Of a stretch of DNA of 64,000 bases, positions 1 through 10,157 are shown piece by piece. The translations under genes and the position numbers were made by a program. A model generated the notes under the pieces. It was not told the origin of the DNA and searched no databases. It worked only from the letters and a program-made list of their open reading frames with translations. Positions within the stretch are counted from its first letter, which is position 1, and the number at the start of each line of letters is the position of its first letter. Where the stretch lies: NCBI GenBank assembly GCA_051878275.1, contig JBJEJU010000061.1, positions 890 through 64,889 on the forward strand, in the 5' to 3' direction. The DNA comes from Candidatus Cryptobacteroides sp. GTDB lineage: Bacteria; Bacteroidota; Bacteroidia; Bacteroidales; UBA932.

Positions 1-797
1 TGGTTGCCGTCAAGTACAGCGGAAAGAGCGATTCCGGCCTTTGCCCCGGCAGCATCATACTCCTTGTCGAAAAGCTTCTGGAATCCGTCAAGGTTGTTGT
101 AATACTGCCACTGTATGTTTCTGTTGAGATCGAGGACAACAGTCGGATACGAATCGACATTCATAGCCCCGTCAAGAGAGGAAGAGAAGTATGCCGGATC
201 ATAGGAATTATATGTATGGATTGCGGCAAGCTCCCATTTCCCGTCATTATCGCTGTCTGCTGCGAAATTCCTGAGGAGCTTTATCATATAAGGACAGAAG
301 CCGCACCCTGTTCCGGTGTATTGCTGGATGAGCACTTTGCGGGTAAAGTCGGTGCAGGACGGGTCGGTGTCCTCCGCAAGCTCCGGAATAGCAGCCGAAA
401 TAGCCGTGACGCTGACTGCCTCAGTATGCTTTGTCTTGTAGGCGGCCCAGAACGAATACTTGCCGGGAGTGGTGGTGGTAAACCTCATGTCAGGGATATC
501 CACAGGCTTGTTGGTCTGGGCATCATAGAAAGTGACATCCTCGGCAATGACGGTTTCACCCATCTTTACAGTGAATACTGCACAGGACACGCCATCGGCA
601 CGGATGAGAGGTTCATCCACTTCAAGAGTCAGATCGCCCGTAGGCTGCTGCTCCTGTTCCTGCTCCTGCTCCTGTTCCTGCTCCTGCTGATTGCCATTGG
701 GATTGTCGTCATCCTTGGTAAGAGTGCAGGAAACCGGCATAAAGATGATACCGAAAAGACAGGAAAGGATAGCGAAATTTTTAATTCTTTTAATCAT
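1..797 (-). CDS. Omp28-related outer-membrane lipoprotein with thioredoxin-like CxxC (3' end runs off the window)
   Basis: Hand-translated from ATG 797: MIKRIKNFAILSCLFGIIFMPVSC-TLTKDDDNPNGNQQEQEQ...RKVLIQQYTGTGCGFCPYM. Has a lipobox and the Omp28-type (F/Y)TGxxCxxCP motif. Starts 5 nt after the DUF6029 stop. Not in the ORF track. Confidence 0.85.
   Translation of the reverse strand, partial: MIKRIKNFAILSCLFGIIFMPVSCTLTKDDDNPNGNQQEQEQEQEQEQEQQPTGDLTLEVDEPLIRADGVSCAVFTVKMGETVIAEDVTFYDAQTNKPVDIPDMRFTTTTPGKYSFWAAYKTKHTEAVSVTAISAAIPELAEDTDPSCTDFTRKVLIQQYTGTGCGFCPYMIKLLRNFAADSDNDGKWELAAIHTYNSYDPAYFSSSLDGAMNVDSYPTVVLDLNRNIQWQYYNNLDGFQKLFDKEYDAAGAKAGIALSAVLDGN
645..689 (-). repeat. In-frame hexamer repeat (CAGGAR)n encoding the linker QQEQEQEQEQEQEQQ
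   Basis: Plus strand reads ctgctgctcctgttcctgctcctgctcctgttcctgctcctgctg. Confidence 0.9.
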
Positions 798-802
798 AAT
801 TG

Positions 803-2392
803 TCAGAAAGAAGTTGTTAAAAGAAGATTGACTCCGGTATATGCCGGGCTGTAGCGGCATACTCCTCCGGAACAGATATATCCGGCACGGTTGCGACCGT
901 AGCTCAGCTGCACACGGCTGCGCCCCTTGGAATAGCTGAAGCCGAAATTGTAATAATGCTTGCCGGTTAGCCCGCTGTTGTACATTTCGGATGCAAACAC
1001 ATTCCATCTCGGAGCAAAGCTCACTTCAAGAAGTCCTGCAAGCCAGTCGCCTTCATAATCTTCGGATGAAAGATACTGCAGTTCGGCACGCAGGGCTGTT
1101 TTCCCGCTGAAGCGCCAGAGTGCGTCGGCGACGAAAATGTTGGAAACATAAGTCCCCTCCTGATAGCCGTGGCTCGGGCTCCACTCCTGACGCGAATAAA
1201 GCAGTGTGGTCCTGAGTTTTTTGTTCCAATGGATTTCCGCATCCGCGCTTATGTCCATCCACATCATCCTCTTTGAGCCGTCATCGGTCTGCGACTGATC
1301 AATGGTGCCCGCATAGGAGCAGTTGGCGTGAAGGACAGCATATTCGCTGCGGGAGCGCCTGGCCGTATAGAAAAGATCGGCCTGGAATGCCGACTCGCCG
1401 ACTACATTGACCTGATAGGGATTGAGGTTGGCAAGCATATAGGTATAATGCCTCGTGAGCGACGGAAGGTAGTTGAGGGCATTGCCCGTTCCGCTGCCGT
1501 ACAGGGAAATCATTGTCCCCATATGGTCGAGTATCCTGAATGTCGCCGAGGCGCTGAATGCGTTGTAGTCATAGATTGCCTCGGCGTAGATGGCAGCTCC
1601 CGTATGGGCATTCGATACGCTCGGAGATGCGATATCCTTTCCCTTCGAGGCATACTCAGCCTTGAGAGAAAGTGCATCCCAACCGAAATTGAGTGCTGCC
1701 GAATACATGTTAAGATTGGGCGAAGTCAGCCCCATCGTACTGAAATCCAGGAACGGGTCCTCATCGAGGGACTCATACCTGTTGACGAAACTTCCTTCCA
1801 AGGAAAGCAGGACCGAATCCCAATTCAGAAGATTGTCAATGTTGAACACCATATTGGCTCCCCTGACTTTGGACGAAGCATAGTCGCTGTAGAGCCTCGG
1901 ACAGCCGCTCATCGCCTTGAGAGTCAACCAATCGGCAGGACTGAACGATACGCTCAGGCCCTCGACCGAATTGTTGAAACCGAGATGGCGGTCCTCATAA
2001 GAACGGAAAACGAGTCCATTGCCCCACTGATCATAGATGTCTCCGATGTGGGCCGTAAAACCGTCTCCGGTCCAGCGGATATACTTGGAGCCGAGCATAA
2101 ACTGTTTCGGATCGCCGATGGTTCCGATTTCATATCCGTACAGGGCAGGAAGATAGGCCTCGACCTGCATTCCTGCGGAAAATTTCCCGCAGCTGTAGTC
2201 CATCTTGAGATAGTCGTTGGCGCCGAAGCGGTCTTCAGGTGCATGCACGCCCAGCCCATTGTCCTGAAAATACCATATATTGTTGGACTCAAGGCTCGCC
2301 GAAAACACACCAATGCCGGTCTGGGCACTGGAAACAGTCCAGGACACCAGACCGGCGATGGCAAGGATAGTCAATCTAACGTTTTGACGCAT
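803..2392 (-). CDS. DUF6029 family outer-membrane beta-barrel protein
   Basis: Signal peptide, GDIYDQWGNGLVFRSYEDR motif, C-terminal GRNRAGYICSGGVCRY and terminal Phe. Omp28/TlpA context fits the family. Confidence 0.8.
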   Translation of the reverse strand: MRQNVRLTILAIAGLVSWTVSSAQTGIGVFSASLESNNIWYFQDNGLGVHAPEDRFGANDYLKMDYSCGKFSAGMQVEAYLPALYGYEIGTIGDPKQFMLGSKYIRWTGDGFTAHIGDIYDQWGNGLVFRSYEDRHLGFNNSVEGLSVSFSPADWLTLKAMSGCPRLYSDYASSKVRGANMVFNIDNLLNWDSVLLSLEGSFVNRYESLDEDPFLDFSTMGLTSPNLNMYSAALNFGWDALSLKAEYASKGKDIASPSVSNAHTGAAIYAEAIYDYNAFSASATFRILDHMGTMISLYGSGTGNALNYLPSLTRHYTYMLANLNPYQVNVVGESAFQADLFYTARRSRSEYAVLHANCSYAGTIDQSQTDDGSKRMMWMDISADAEIHWNKKLRTTLLYSRQEWSPSHGYQEGTYVSNIFVADALWRFSGKTALRAELQYLSSEDYEGDWLAGLLEVSFAPRWNVFASEMYNSGLTGKHYYNFGFSYSKGRSRVQLSYGRNRAGYICSGGVCRYSPAYTGVNLLLTTSF

Positions 2393-5057
2393 AACTCTCT
2401 ACATACTTCCTCATACCTTCCTCGATATCGACGTGCTTTACTTTGATGGTTTCGCACTTCTTGACCGCCTTCATCGGGGTCTTGCTCCTTACGGTGTTGT
2501 TGGTGCGTCCGAAAATGCCGTTGGCCGAGCCGATGCCGGCTGACTTGGCTGACTTGACGGAAGCGGTCTCTACCGGAGGGACATCGGTATCCTCGTCAGA
2601 CCATCCCTTCGTAAGGAGGAGAGGAGTAACCGTAGTATAGTCAGGAATATAGCCGTAGATACCGTAGAACTGCATAGCATTCAGATAGTAAGGTACATCC
2701 TGATATACAAACGGATTGACAGTGAGGGTAGCCTTGTCATCGGAAACGGCAACAGGGAAATCGGCATTCTCGTAGTTTTCGTTGATGCTTACGTAGCCTG
2801 TTCCGGAGGAGATGTCATATCCTGCAAGATAAAGCGTTGCAGTAACGGACTTGAGAGGATAGAACCTTACCTGGTTGATTGGTGCGACTACAGAACCGTC
2901 GTCCTTCACCTCGAGATACCACTTCGGGCCGCAGTCCCAGATCATCGACTCGATGTCATAGCCGTTGTAGGAGTCGCTTATGAAGAGGTCAAAAGGACTC
3001 ACGGTATCGTAATAATAACCGTTGGACTCATAGCCGAAGCCCATGCAGAGAAGACGGTTCTGGCCCTTGAGCTTGGCATTGAACTCGTCAACCTCCTGCT
3101 TGAACTGGTCATAAAGGGCATCTACCTGCGCCTCATCCAGTCCAGCCATTTCCTTGTATGTATCATATACGGATGCAGGAAGGGTTTCAGGATATGTGAA
3201 TCCGCCGGAGATAGTCACCTTGCAGTTCTTTACGCCCTCGTCGGTGACATTGCCGTACCAGTCGGTCGAAGCGACTCCGGCGCTCATTGTCCACTCGCCG
3301 AGAAGGTCCTTGAAGAGCGGAGAATCCACAGCTGCCTTTGCAGGCTCCCTGTCGGTAGAGTTTACTGCAGTGGCAGAAGGGTTCTCGTCAATGTTGTTTG
3401 ATGTAGCCTCTTCATTGTAGGCAAGGACGGCAAGACGTGTCTCTGCGTCAGGCATTGAGGTGAACATCACGTTGAGTCCCTCGTCAGAGTTGATGAGCGC
3501 TACCTCGTCCTCTGTGAAGGAGTTGCCGTATTCCACGATATTGTTGTAGGTATATCCGCTGTTGAACATCATGCCGAACTCCCTTTCGTAGTTGGCGGCA
3601 TACATTGCGGACACTGCATCCTTGCTGGTACACTTGACGTTGAACCAAACCTCATACGGAGAAGTTTCCCCTGTATCAGGATTGCTGATGGCCTTGACCT
3701 CCACTTCAGGTGCAGGCATAGTCTTGGCAGTTGTGGAAACGATTTCGTGATAGAACTTCTGGGTGGTACCCGTTGCGTCTCCCATAGCGGTAAGGAGGAC
3801 GTGGAAATCAGACTCCGGATCTACATAATAGAACAGGTCGGTAAGATCAAACTTCTGCTTTGCCTGAAGGGTCATAGAGCCGCTATACCATCCGAAGTAT
3901 GAAGTAACTGCCCACTGGAGATAATCTTCATTGCCGTCAAGATACTCAAGGAACGTCTGATATGTACCCTCGTCGAGTACCATTACGCAATACTGATATA
4001 CATTGGAGTCAGGAGAAATGGTGATAGTACCATTGACGGCACCCATTTCAGCCTGGATGTCCACATTGGCATCAAGGAGAGCCGGAGGGTCAAGCACAAT
4101 CAGGCGGCGTGTGAAGTATCCAGTCCAGAAGTCGTCTTCAGGATAGCTAGGGTCGCAATTTTCGGCTGCAAGAGGGCCCCAGCCGCCGCCCTGACCGTCG
4201 AGATACTCCCAATAAGCGTCATAGTCGAAAAGAGGCACAAAATAACCGCCCTCGTTCATACCCCAAGGGTTGTCCTCAGCCTCTCCCCAGGCGAACTCTC
4301 CTGCAGCATAAATGATAGGCTCTCCAGGGACAAACGGAGTATGGAGCAAATCGGTCGTAGGTTCACCGGTCCAAGGGTCCATTACCTCGACCTCGACATT
4401 GTCGGAGTTGAAGACAAGTGTCACGTCCTCAAGAGTGCTCTGCTGGCCATTCTGGATAAGTGCGGTTGCATCATCCTGTGCACGCCAGCCGCCCTTGCTT
4501 GAAAGATAGAAAGGAAGGGATCCGACGTTGTAGCGGATTGCGTGGCCGGCATCCTTTACGCTCTGCGGGACTTTGATATGGAACTTGAATCCGTCAGGAT
4601 ACTTCTCGACCACAGTGAAGGTCTCTACATAGTCCAAAGTGGTCACCTCTACCTTGAGGAGGTCCTTGAAGAAACTTTCCTCGGACTCTTTGAATGCGAA
4701 GACAACGGTGTAGGTGCTCTGCGGGGAAAGACCGCGTACAGTGACAGTGTTCTCACCGTCGGCAAGGTCACCGGTGGTGCCGGTTGCAAAAAGGACCTGT
4801 GGATCCTCCACGAGCTCATCTCCGGAAGGGAAAGAAAGACAGGCGTATCCGGTAAGACCGCTGGTCTTCAGGACAATCTCTGCTGAAAGAAGGTCCGGGG
4901 TCACCTTGACCGCCGAGGCTTCGGGTTCAACAACTGCAGGAACTTCCGGCTCCTTATTGTTGTCCGGATCGGTCGGTTCCTCATTTTTCTGACATCCTGC
5001 AAGGAAGGCCAGAATGATACCCCCCCCGACAAGGAGGGAAAGGATTGATTTTTTCAT
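2376..5057 (-). CDS. Large acidic surface lipoprotein of unknown function (~893 aa)
   Basis: Start taken at MKKSILS (5057). Lipobox LAGC followed by QKNEE. Beta-rich and D/E/Y-rich. Overlaps the DUF6029 start. Confidence 0.8.
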   Translation of the reverse strand: MKKSILSLLVGGGIILAFLAGCQKNEEPTDPDNNKEPEVPAVVEPEASAVKVTPDLLSAEIVLKTSGLTGYACLSFPSGDELVEDPQVLFATGTTGDLADGENTVTVRGLSPQSTYTVVFAFKESEESFFKDLLKVEVTTLDYVETFTVVEKYPDGFKFHIKVPQSVKDAGHAIRYNVGSLPFYLSSKGGWRAQDDATALIQNGQQSTLEDVTLVFNSDNVEVEVMDPWTGEPTTDLLHTPFVPGEPIIYAAGEFAWGEAEDNPWGMNEGGYFVPLFDYDAYWEYLDGQGGGWGPLAAENCDPSYPEDDFWTGYFTRRLIVLDPPALLDANVDIQAEMGAVNGTITISPDSNVYQYCVMVLDEGTYQTFLEYLDGNEDYLQWAVTSYFGWYSGSMTLQAKQKFDLTDLFYYVDPESDFHVLLTAMGDATGTTQKFYHEIVSTTAKTMPAPEVEVKAISNPDTGETSPYEVWFNVKCTSKDAVSAMYAANYEREFGMMFNSGYTYNNIVEYGNSFTEDEVALINSDEGLNVMFTSMPDAETRLAVLAYNEEATSNNIDENPSATAVNSTDREPAKAAVDSPLFKDLLGEWTMSAGVASTDWYGNVTDEGVKNCKVTISGGFTYPETLPASVYDTYKEMAGLDEAQVDALYDQFKQEVDEFNAKLKGQNRLLCMGFGYESNGYYYDTVSPFDLFISDSYNGYDIESMIWDCGPKWYLEVKDDGSVVAPINQVRFYPLKSVTATLYLAGYDISSGTGYVSINENYENADFPVAVSDDKATLTVNPFVYQDVPYYLNAMQFYGIYGYIPDYTTVTPLLLTKGWSDEDTDVPPVETASVKSAKSAGIGSANGIFGRTNNTVRSKTPMKAVKKCETIKVKHVDIEEGMRKYVESYASKR

Positions 5058-5123
5058 ACTGATATTATTGAACAGTGATAATCCGCATAGGGTCATTCAA
5101 ACAGGCGTCAACTTGTTGAGCGG

Positions 5124-5180
5124 CAAAATTAAGAATTTCATTCATAATATCAAAAATTTTCAACATTATTTTTAACTTTG
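5124..5180. promoter_or_regulatory. Divergent Bacteroidota housekeeping promoters
   Basis: TAATTTTG on minus (caaaatta ~5124-5132) and TAACTTTG on plus (5173-5180) in an AT-rich spacer; consensus TAnnTTTG. Confidence 0.55.
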
Positions 5181-5300
5181 CATACATTAATGACTTACGT
5201 ACGTCTATTGTTGCATTTTATATAATATAACAATAGTTTTATCGACAAATTGATTACAATTTATTATCAAAATTAATACACATCATTATTCATTATTTGT

Positions 5301-5783
5301 ATGAAACGGTTTATTCTGCTTTCCATTCTCCTTACCGCAGGATTCGCAGCATCCGCGCAGATCCCTTCCGCCAAACTGGAAGACCGCACCGGCCGCGAAA
5401 TCCTTTCGTCGTCGATTGTTGACGGTGAGACCCCGGCTGTCATATCTTTCTGGGCAGTGACCTGCGACCCTTGCATCCAGGAGCTCGATGCCATCTGCGA
5501 GGCTTTTGAAGAATGGCAGGAGCAGGCAGATTTCAGGATCATCGCGGTATCCACCGACGACGTCCGCCATATGGCAAAGGCGAAGGCCCTGACCAAGGGG
5601 CACATGTGGGACTGCTTCACGCTGCTCTTCGACCCCAACAATGATTTCAAGAGAGCGATGAACGTGGTGGACACTCCGCAGGTGTTTGTCATCGACAGTG
5701 AGGGAAAGATTGCCTATTCCCACACGGGCTACAATCCGGGAAGCGAAAAAGAGATTCTTGAAGCCCTGAAGAAGGTCCAATAG
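5301..5783 (+). CDS. TlpA/ResA-like periplasmic thiol:disulfide oxidoreductase
   Basis: Signal peptide, SFWAVTCDPCIQEL (CxxC) and the cis-Pro region VDTPQVFVID. Confidence 0.9.
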   Translation: MKRFILLSILLTAGFAASAQIPSAKLEDRTGREILSSSIVDGETPAVISFWAVTCDPCIQELDAICEAFEEWQEQADFRIIAVSTDDVRHMAKAKALTKGHMWDCFTLLFDPNNDFKRAMNVVDTPQVFVIDSEGKIAYSHTGYNPGSEKEILEALKKVQ

Positions 5784-5891
5784 GCTATTTTCGGGTGATT
5801 TGTTCAGTTTATGCCCCGGATGCAGCCGCATTCGGGGATTATTTCGTAAATTGCGGGTTCCGGAGGATTCCCCGGGGAAAAAGACGTGAAA

Positions 5892-6728
5892 ATGGGACAT
5901 GAACCGAAAATCGTCCTCCTTACCGGAGGGAGCAGCGGCATCGGAAGGGCCACTGCGGATATGCTGGCGGAAAAAGGCGGAATGATTGTATATAAGGCCT
6001 CGAGAAAGGCAAGGGGCCCCATCAATGAGTACATGGACAGCGGAGGCATGACCATTCCGCTTGCCCTGGATGTCAACGATGAGGCGGCCGTCCGTGCGGC
6101 TGTGGACAGGATTGTCCGCGAACAGGGCAGGATTGATGTGCTTGTGAGCAACGCGGGCAACGGCATCGGAGGCGCGGTGGAAGACACTTCCGACGGGGAG
6201 GCAAGGTACCAGTTTGAGACCACTTTCTTCGGCTCGATGAATATGGTCAGGGCATGTCTCCCGGTGATGCGCACCCGCGGAAGCGGGAAAATCATTCTCG
6301 TAGGTTCCGTGGCATCGTTCATCCCTCTCCCATACCAGGCCTATTATTCTGCGGCGAAGTCAGCCCTCCTGTCCATGGCAAGGTCGCTTTCTCTTGAGCT
6401 GAAGGGTACCGGGGTAAGTTGCGGATGCATCCTTCCGGGCGATGTAAGGACGGGGTTCACGGCCAACAGGAAGATGACCGCGAAGGCACAGGAAAGCAGT
6501 TCGCCCTACCATGAAGCCACCCTGCGGTCGATATCCAAAATGGAGCGGGACGAGCAGTCGGGGATGCCCCCGGAGGCAATCGGCAAGGTCATAATGCGCC
6601 AGATCCGCAGGAAAGGCAAAGTGAGGACAAGCGTGATTCCGGGATTTGGCTACAAGCTCATCGGGCTTGCATGGAAAATCCTCCCTGAAAGATTTATCCT
6701 GTGGATAGTCGGACTGCTCTATACGTAG
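5892..6728 (+). CDS. Short-chain dehydrogenase/reductase
   Basis: TGGSSGIG, SNAG and YSAAK (YxxxK). Alternative GTG start at 5886. Confidence 0.9.
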   Translation: MGHEPKIVLLTGGSSGIGRATADMLAEKGGMIVYKASRKARGPINEYMDSGGMTIPLALDVNDEAAVRAAVDRIVREQGRIDVLVSNAGNGIGGAVEDTSDGEARYQFETTFFGSMNMVRACLPVMRTRGSGKIILVGSVASFIPLPYQAYYSAAKSALLSMARSLSLELKGTGVSCGCILPGDVRTGFTANRKMTAKAQESSSPYHEATLRSISKMERDEQSGMPPEAIGKVIMRQIRRKGKVRTSVIPGFGYKLIGLAWKILPERFILWIVGLLYT

Positions 6729-6803
6729 TTTCAGCCGTGCAAAAGGTTCTCTGCCCCGTGCATTGGACGGCAGGGATATGCGTTAATTGATTATTGATTG
6801 GGA

Positions 6804-9332
6804 ATGGGAAACGGGTTGAAGACAACAGCAGCAATGATCCTGGTCATGCTCTGCGCAGCAATCTCAGCCGCAGCGCAGACTACCAGGGTCAAGGGAAGGG
6901 TTACCGATGCTTCCGACGGCAGCGGCATCCCTTTCGCGGCCGTTTTCTTCAAAGACACGACAGTGGGCACGACCACCGACCTTGACGGATATTATATCCT
7001 TGAAGCCAGGGACATCGGCACCCCCGTAATATGCGTGCAGATACTCGGATACGAATCCCTGGAGCGCAGTATATCCCTCCACCGCTACAACAGGGAGGAC
7101 TTTGAGCTTACGATGACCGGCCAGCGGCTCAATGCCGCACTTGTCAAGCCGGACAACCGGCGGATGAAACGCATCCTGCGCAACATCGACGCCAACCGCG
7201 ACCGCAACAACCCCGAGAAGAGGGATGCGTACAAATGCGGCATTTACAGCAAGATGGAGCTCGACCTGTCAGACCCCGGAGAAGCCCTGCTCAAAAACAC
7301 ACTGCTGAAGGAAATAGATTTCATTTCCGACTATATGGACACCTCTGCGCTGTCCGGAAAGCCATACCTGCCGGTGCTGATCTCTGAATCGAGGGGTACA
7401 AGATACCACACCTCCAGCCCGTCTTCAGACAGGGAGATACTCCACGCCAGCCGCATCTCCGGAGTCAATAAAGACAATCTGCTCCAGCAGTTCACCGGCA
7501 GCATGCAGCTCAGGGTAAATATGTACGACACCTTCCTGGATGCGTTCAATGTGAAAATCCCGTCCCCGATTGCGGCGGGAGGCAATGCCTTCTACGACTA
7601 TTATCTCATTGACAGCCTGAACATTGACGGGCGCAAGACATACTACATCCGTTTCCATCCCAACAAACTTTTCACCTCACCGGTGCTCGACGGGGAGATG
7701 AAAATCGATACTGGGGACTGGGCTTTGGTGGAATTTCACGGAAGGCTTGTCAAGGACAGGAACATCAACTGGATAAAGGACCTCATCCTCGATTTCGAAT
7801 ACCGGAGGCTTCCGGACGGGACCTGGTTCTACAAAAAGGACCGTTTCCACGCGGAGTTTTCCCTCGACCTGACCGAATGGAGCGATATTCTCTCCTTTCT
7901 CGGTACACACGAAATCCACTATCTCAACCCGGTCTTCGAGCGGCCTACGGAAGAAGAGGCTGCCGCGCTGAAGCATTATGTGACGGTGGAAAGCGGTGCC
8001 AATGACAAAAGCGAAGAATACTGGGAAAGCGAGAGGCCATATGAGCTCTCCGAGAAGGAAAAGGGAATCTATGCAATGGTGGACTCCATCAAGACCACAA
8101 AGACATACAGGATTGCATACGGCATCGGGGAATCCCTGGCAAACGACCACATAAGCCTTGGGAAAGTAGCCTACGGCCCAATATTCAACACATTGAGTTT
8201 CAACAGCACGGAAGGTCTTCGCGTCAGCCTGGGGCTGCGCACCACCCCATCGTTCTCGAAGAAGACGAGGCTTTCCGGCTACGGTGCCTACGGATTCAAG
8301 GACCACAGGTTCAAGGGAGGCGGGAGCATCGAGTACCTGTTCAGCATGGACCCGTTCCGCAAACTGACGCTTTCCGGCAAGAGCGATTTCATCCAGCTCG
8401 GAAGGGGCAACGGCCAGTACCGCGATAACAGCATCCTCCGCTCTGTCCTCACCAAGCAGAAGGGCATGAGGAAGAGTCCGGTGGAGGAATTCGTGCTCAA
8501 ATACCAGCACGAATGGCCATCCGTTGTCAACAGCACGTTCTCCCTCGAGACAAGACGCATTTTCAGCAATGAGTTCGTGCCGATGTTCACCCCGGACGGC
8601 TTGGAAATCAGCAGCGTACAGATGACGCAGGCCCATCTGACCAACCGCTTCTCATGGAAGGAAAGCGTCTCAAGGGGCGATTTCAAGAAGGAATACCTGT
8701 TTACCAAATACCCTATCGTCACTCTCGATGTCATGGGTACGGTAAAGGGGGTACTCAATGACTACGGTTACGTAAGGACCGAACTGACCGCCGATTACAG
8801 GCTTCCCCTGCCGCCTGTCGGACACTCACGCTTCACTGTCAACGCAGGATTCATCACCGGCACGGTGCCATACCCGTTCCTGAAGCTTCACGCGGGCAAC
8901 TCGTCATACATATTCAGCAGGACCTCGTTCTCCTGCATGAATTACTACGAATTTGCCTCGGACAGATGGGTTGAGCTGTTCTACGAACACAATTTCGGAG
9001 GCTTCTTCCTCGGACACATCCCGCTTCTGAAGAAGCTGGACCTCAGGGAAGTATTCTCATTCAAATGCGCCTGGGGAAGCCTTTCCGGACGCAACAACGG
9101 CAAGCTCGGCTCGCCTTACGCACAGGATGCCCCGATGCTCTTCCCCGCCGGAATGGACTCGCTCGAAAAGCCGTACTCCGAAATCGGATTCGGCATCACC
9201 AACATTCTCAACGTACTGAGGGTTGACGCAATCTGGAGGCTTACCCACCGCTATGTGGACCTGCCTGACGGCACGCGCACCAGGGCAAGCAACCTCTTCG
9301 ACATCAACATCGGTCTTGAGATTGATTTCTGA
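6804..9332 (+). CDS. DUF5686 outer-membrane protein with N-terminal carboxypeptidase-regulatory-like domain
   Basis: Signal peptide, VKGRVTDASDGSGIPFAAV...GTTTDLDGYY domain, barrel-like C-terminal half ending EIDF. Confidence 0.8.
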   Translation: MGNGLKTTAAMILVMLCAAISAAAQTTRVKGRVTDASDGSGIPFAAVFFKDTTVGTTTDLDGYYILEARDIGTPVICVQILGYESLERSISLHRYNREDFELTMTGQRLNAALVKPDNRRMKRILRNIDANRDRNNPEKRDAYKCGIYSKMELDLSDPGEALLKNTLLKEIDFISDYMDTSALSGKPYLPVLISESRGTRYHTSSPSSDREILHASRISGVNKDNLLQQFTGSMQLRVNMYDTFLDAFNVKIPSPIAAGGNAFYDYYLIDSLNIDGRKTYYIRFHPNKLFTSPVLDGEMKIDTGDWALVEFHGRLVKDRNINWIKDLILDFEYRRLPDGTWFYKKDRFHAEFSLDLTEWSDILSFLGTHEIHYLNPVFERPTEEEAAALKHYVTVESGANDKSEEYWESERPYELSEKEKGIYAMVDSIKTTKTYRIAYGIGESLANDHISLGKVAYGPIFNTLSFNSTEGLRVSLGLRTTPSFSKKTRLSGYGAYGFKDHRFKGGGSIEYLFSMDPFRKLTLSGKSDFIQLGRGNGQYRDNSILRSVLTKQKGMRKSPVEEFVLKYQHEWPSVVNSTFSLETRRIFSNEFVPMFTPDGLEISSVQMTQAHLTNRFSWKESVSRGDFKKEYLFTKYPIVTLDVMGTVKGVLNDYGYVRTELTADYRLPLPPVGHSRFTVNAGFITGTVPYPFLKLHAGNSSYIFSRTSFSCMNYYEFASDRWVELFYEHNFGGFFLGHIPLLKKLDLREVFSFKCAWGSLSGRNNGKLGSPYAQDAPMLFPAGMDSLEKPYSEIGFGITNILNVLRVDAIWRLTHRYVDLPDGTRTRASNLFDINIGLEIDF

Positions 9333-9343
9333 TCAAGCAATCT

Positions 9344-10153
9344 TCAGAACGAAAAGACGTATCCTACGCCCACATTGATCCTGTCGGACTTCAACGTCAC
9401 GGAAGGCACCTTCAGGACGGTTCCCTCCTTGTTGGAATCGATTTCCCTGTCCATGCACCTGTCGTAGAGGCAATAGAGCTTGATTGCGCTCCTGGCGTCC
9501 AGAAGCCATTCCACGCCGGCTTCCGCCCTCCACCTGTTGACATACACATCGTTGTGCCCCTCCCATACAGCCTGCCCGAACAGTTCACTGTCAAAAGACT
9601 CCCCGCTCCACTTCGGACCGTTCAGTGCCACCTTCATCTCGCACAGGGCATAAGGCTCGAACGGGGCATTGTAGAACTTGTATGCCACCTTGAGGCGGGT
9701 GCGCGACTCAAGCAGGAACTTTGTCTTCTGGAACTCGTTGATGTCCTTGGTGCGGTATGTCCCCTGCACCCTTTCACGAAGCGATAGCCTCCACGGTCCA
9801 TATTTGAGAGTTGCCATGAGACCGGCCGTCCCGCGATGGCGCCAGTCAGTGTAGCCGATGCCCCCGTCAGTAGTCTTTGCCACTGCAATGGCATTGTACT
9901 CCAAGTCAGATTTGAGCCATTTGCATATCTTGTACGAAAGACCGACTCCGGTATATGAGCGGTCGAACGAGAAATCTCCGCCAAAGCGGAGCTCCTCATT
10001 GGCATACAGATGCAAGCCCCTGGTTATCTTGTAGTCTGCCTCTGCGGATACCCTTGTCCCGAATAGCGTTCCCTCTTCATTTTCCTGGCCGCGGGCAGAT
10101 GAGAGCGGCAGGATGACGGCAAAAAGAGCCGCAAATATCATTTCCCTTTTCAT
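9344..10153 (-). CDS. DUF2490-like outer-membrane beta-barrel
   Basis: Signal peptide, amphipathic strands (LSLRERVQ, RTRLKVAY, PYALCE) and C-terminal GVGYVFSF. Confidence 0.75.
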   Translation of the reverse strand: MKREMIFAALFAVILPLSSARGQENEEGTLFGTRVSAEADYKITRGLHLYANEELRFGGDFSFDRSYTGVGLSYKICKWLKSDLEYNAIAVAKTTDGGIGYTDWRHRGTAGLMATLKYGPWRLSLRERVQGTYRTKDINEFQKTKFLLESRTRLKVAYKFYNAPFEPYALCEMKVALNGPKWSGESFDSELFGQAVWEGHNDVYVNRWRAEAGVEWLLDARSAIKLYCLYDRCMDREIDSNKEGTVLKVPSVTLKSDRINVGVGYVFSF

Positions 10154-10157
10154 AAGC

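Noticed and set aside
216-854. 212-aa plus-strand ORF with a poly-Leu, TM-like stretch
   Set aside because: It is the antisense shadow of the Omp28 gene; the Leu run is the reverse complement of the QE repeat.
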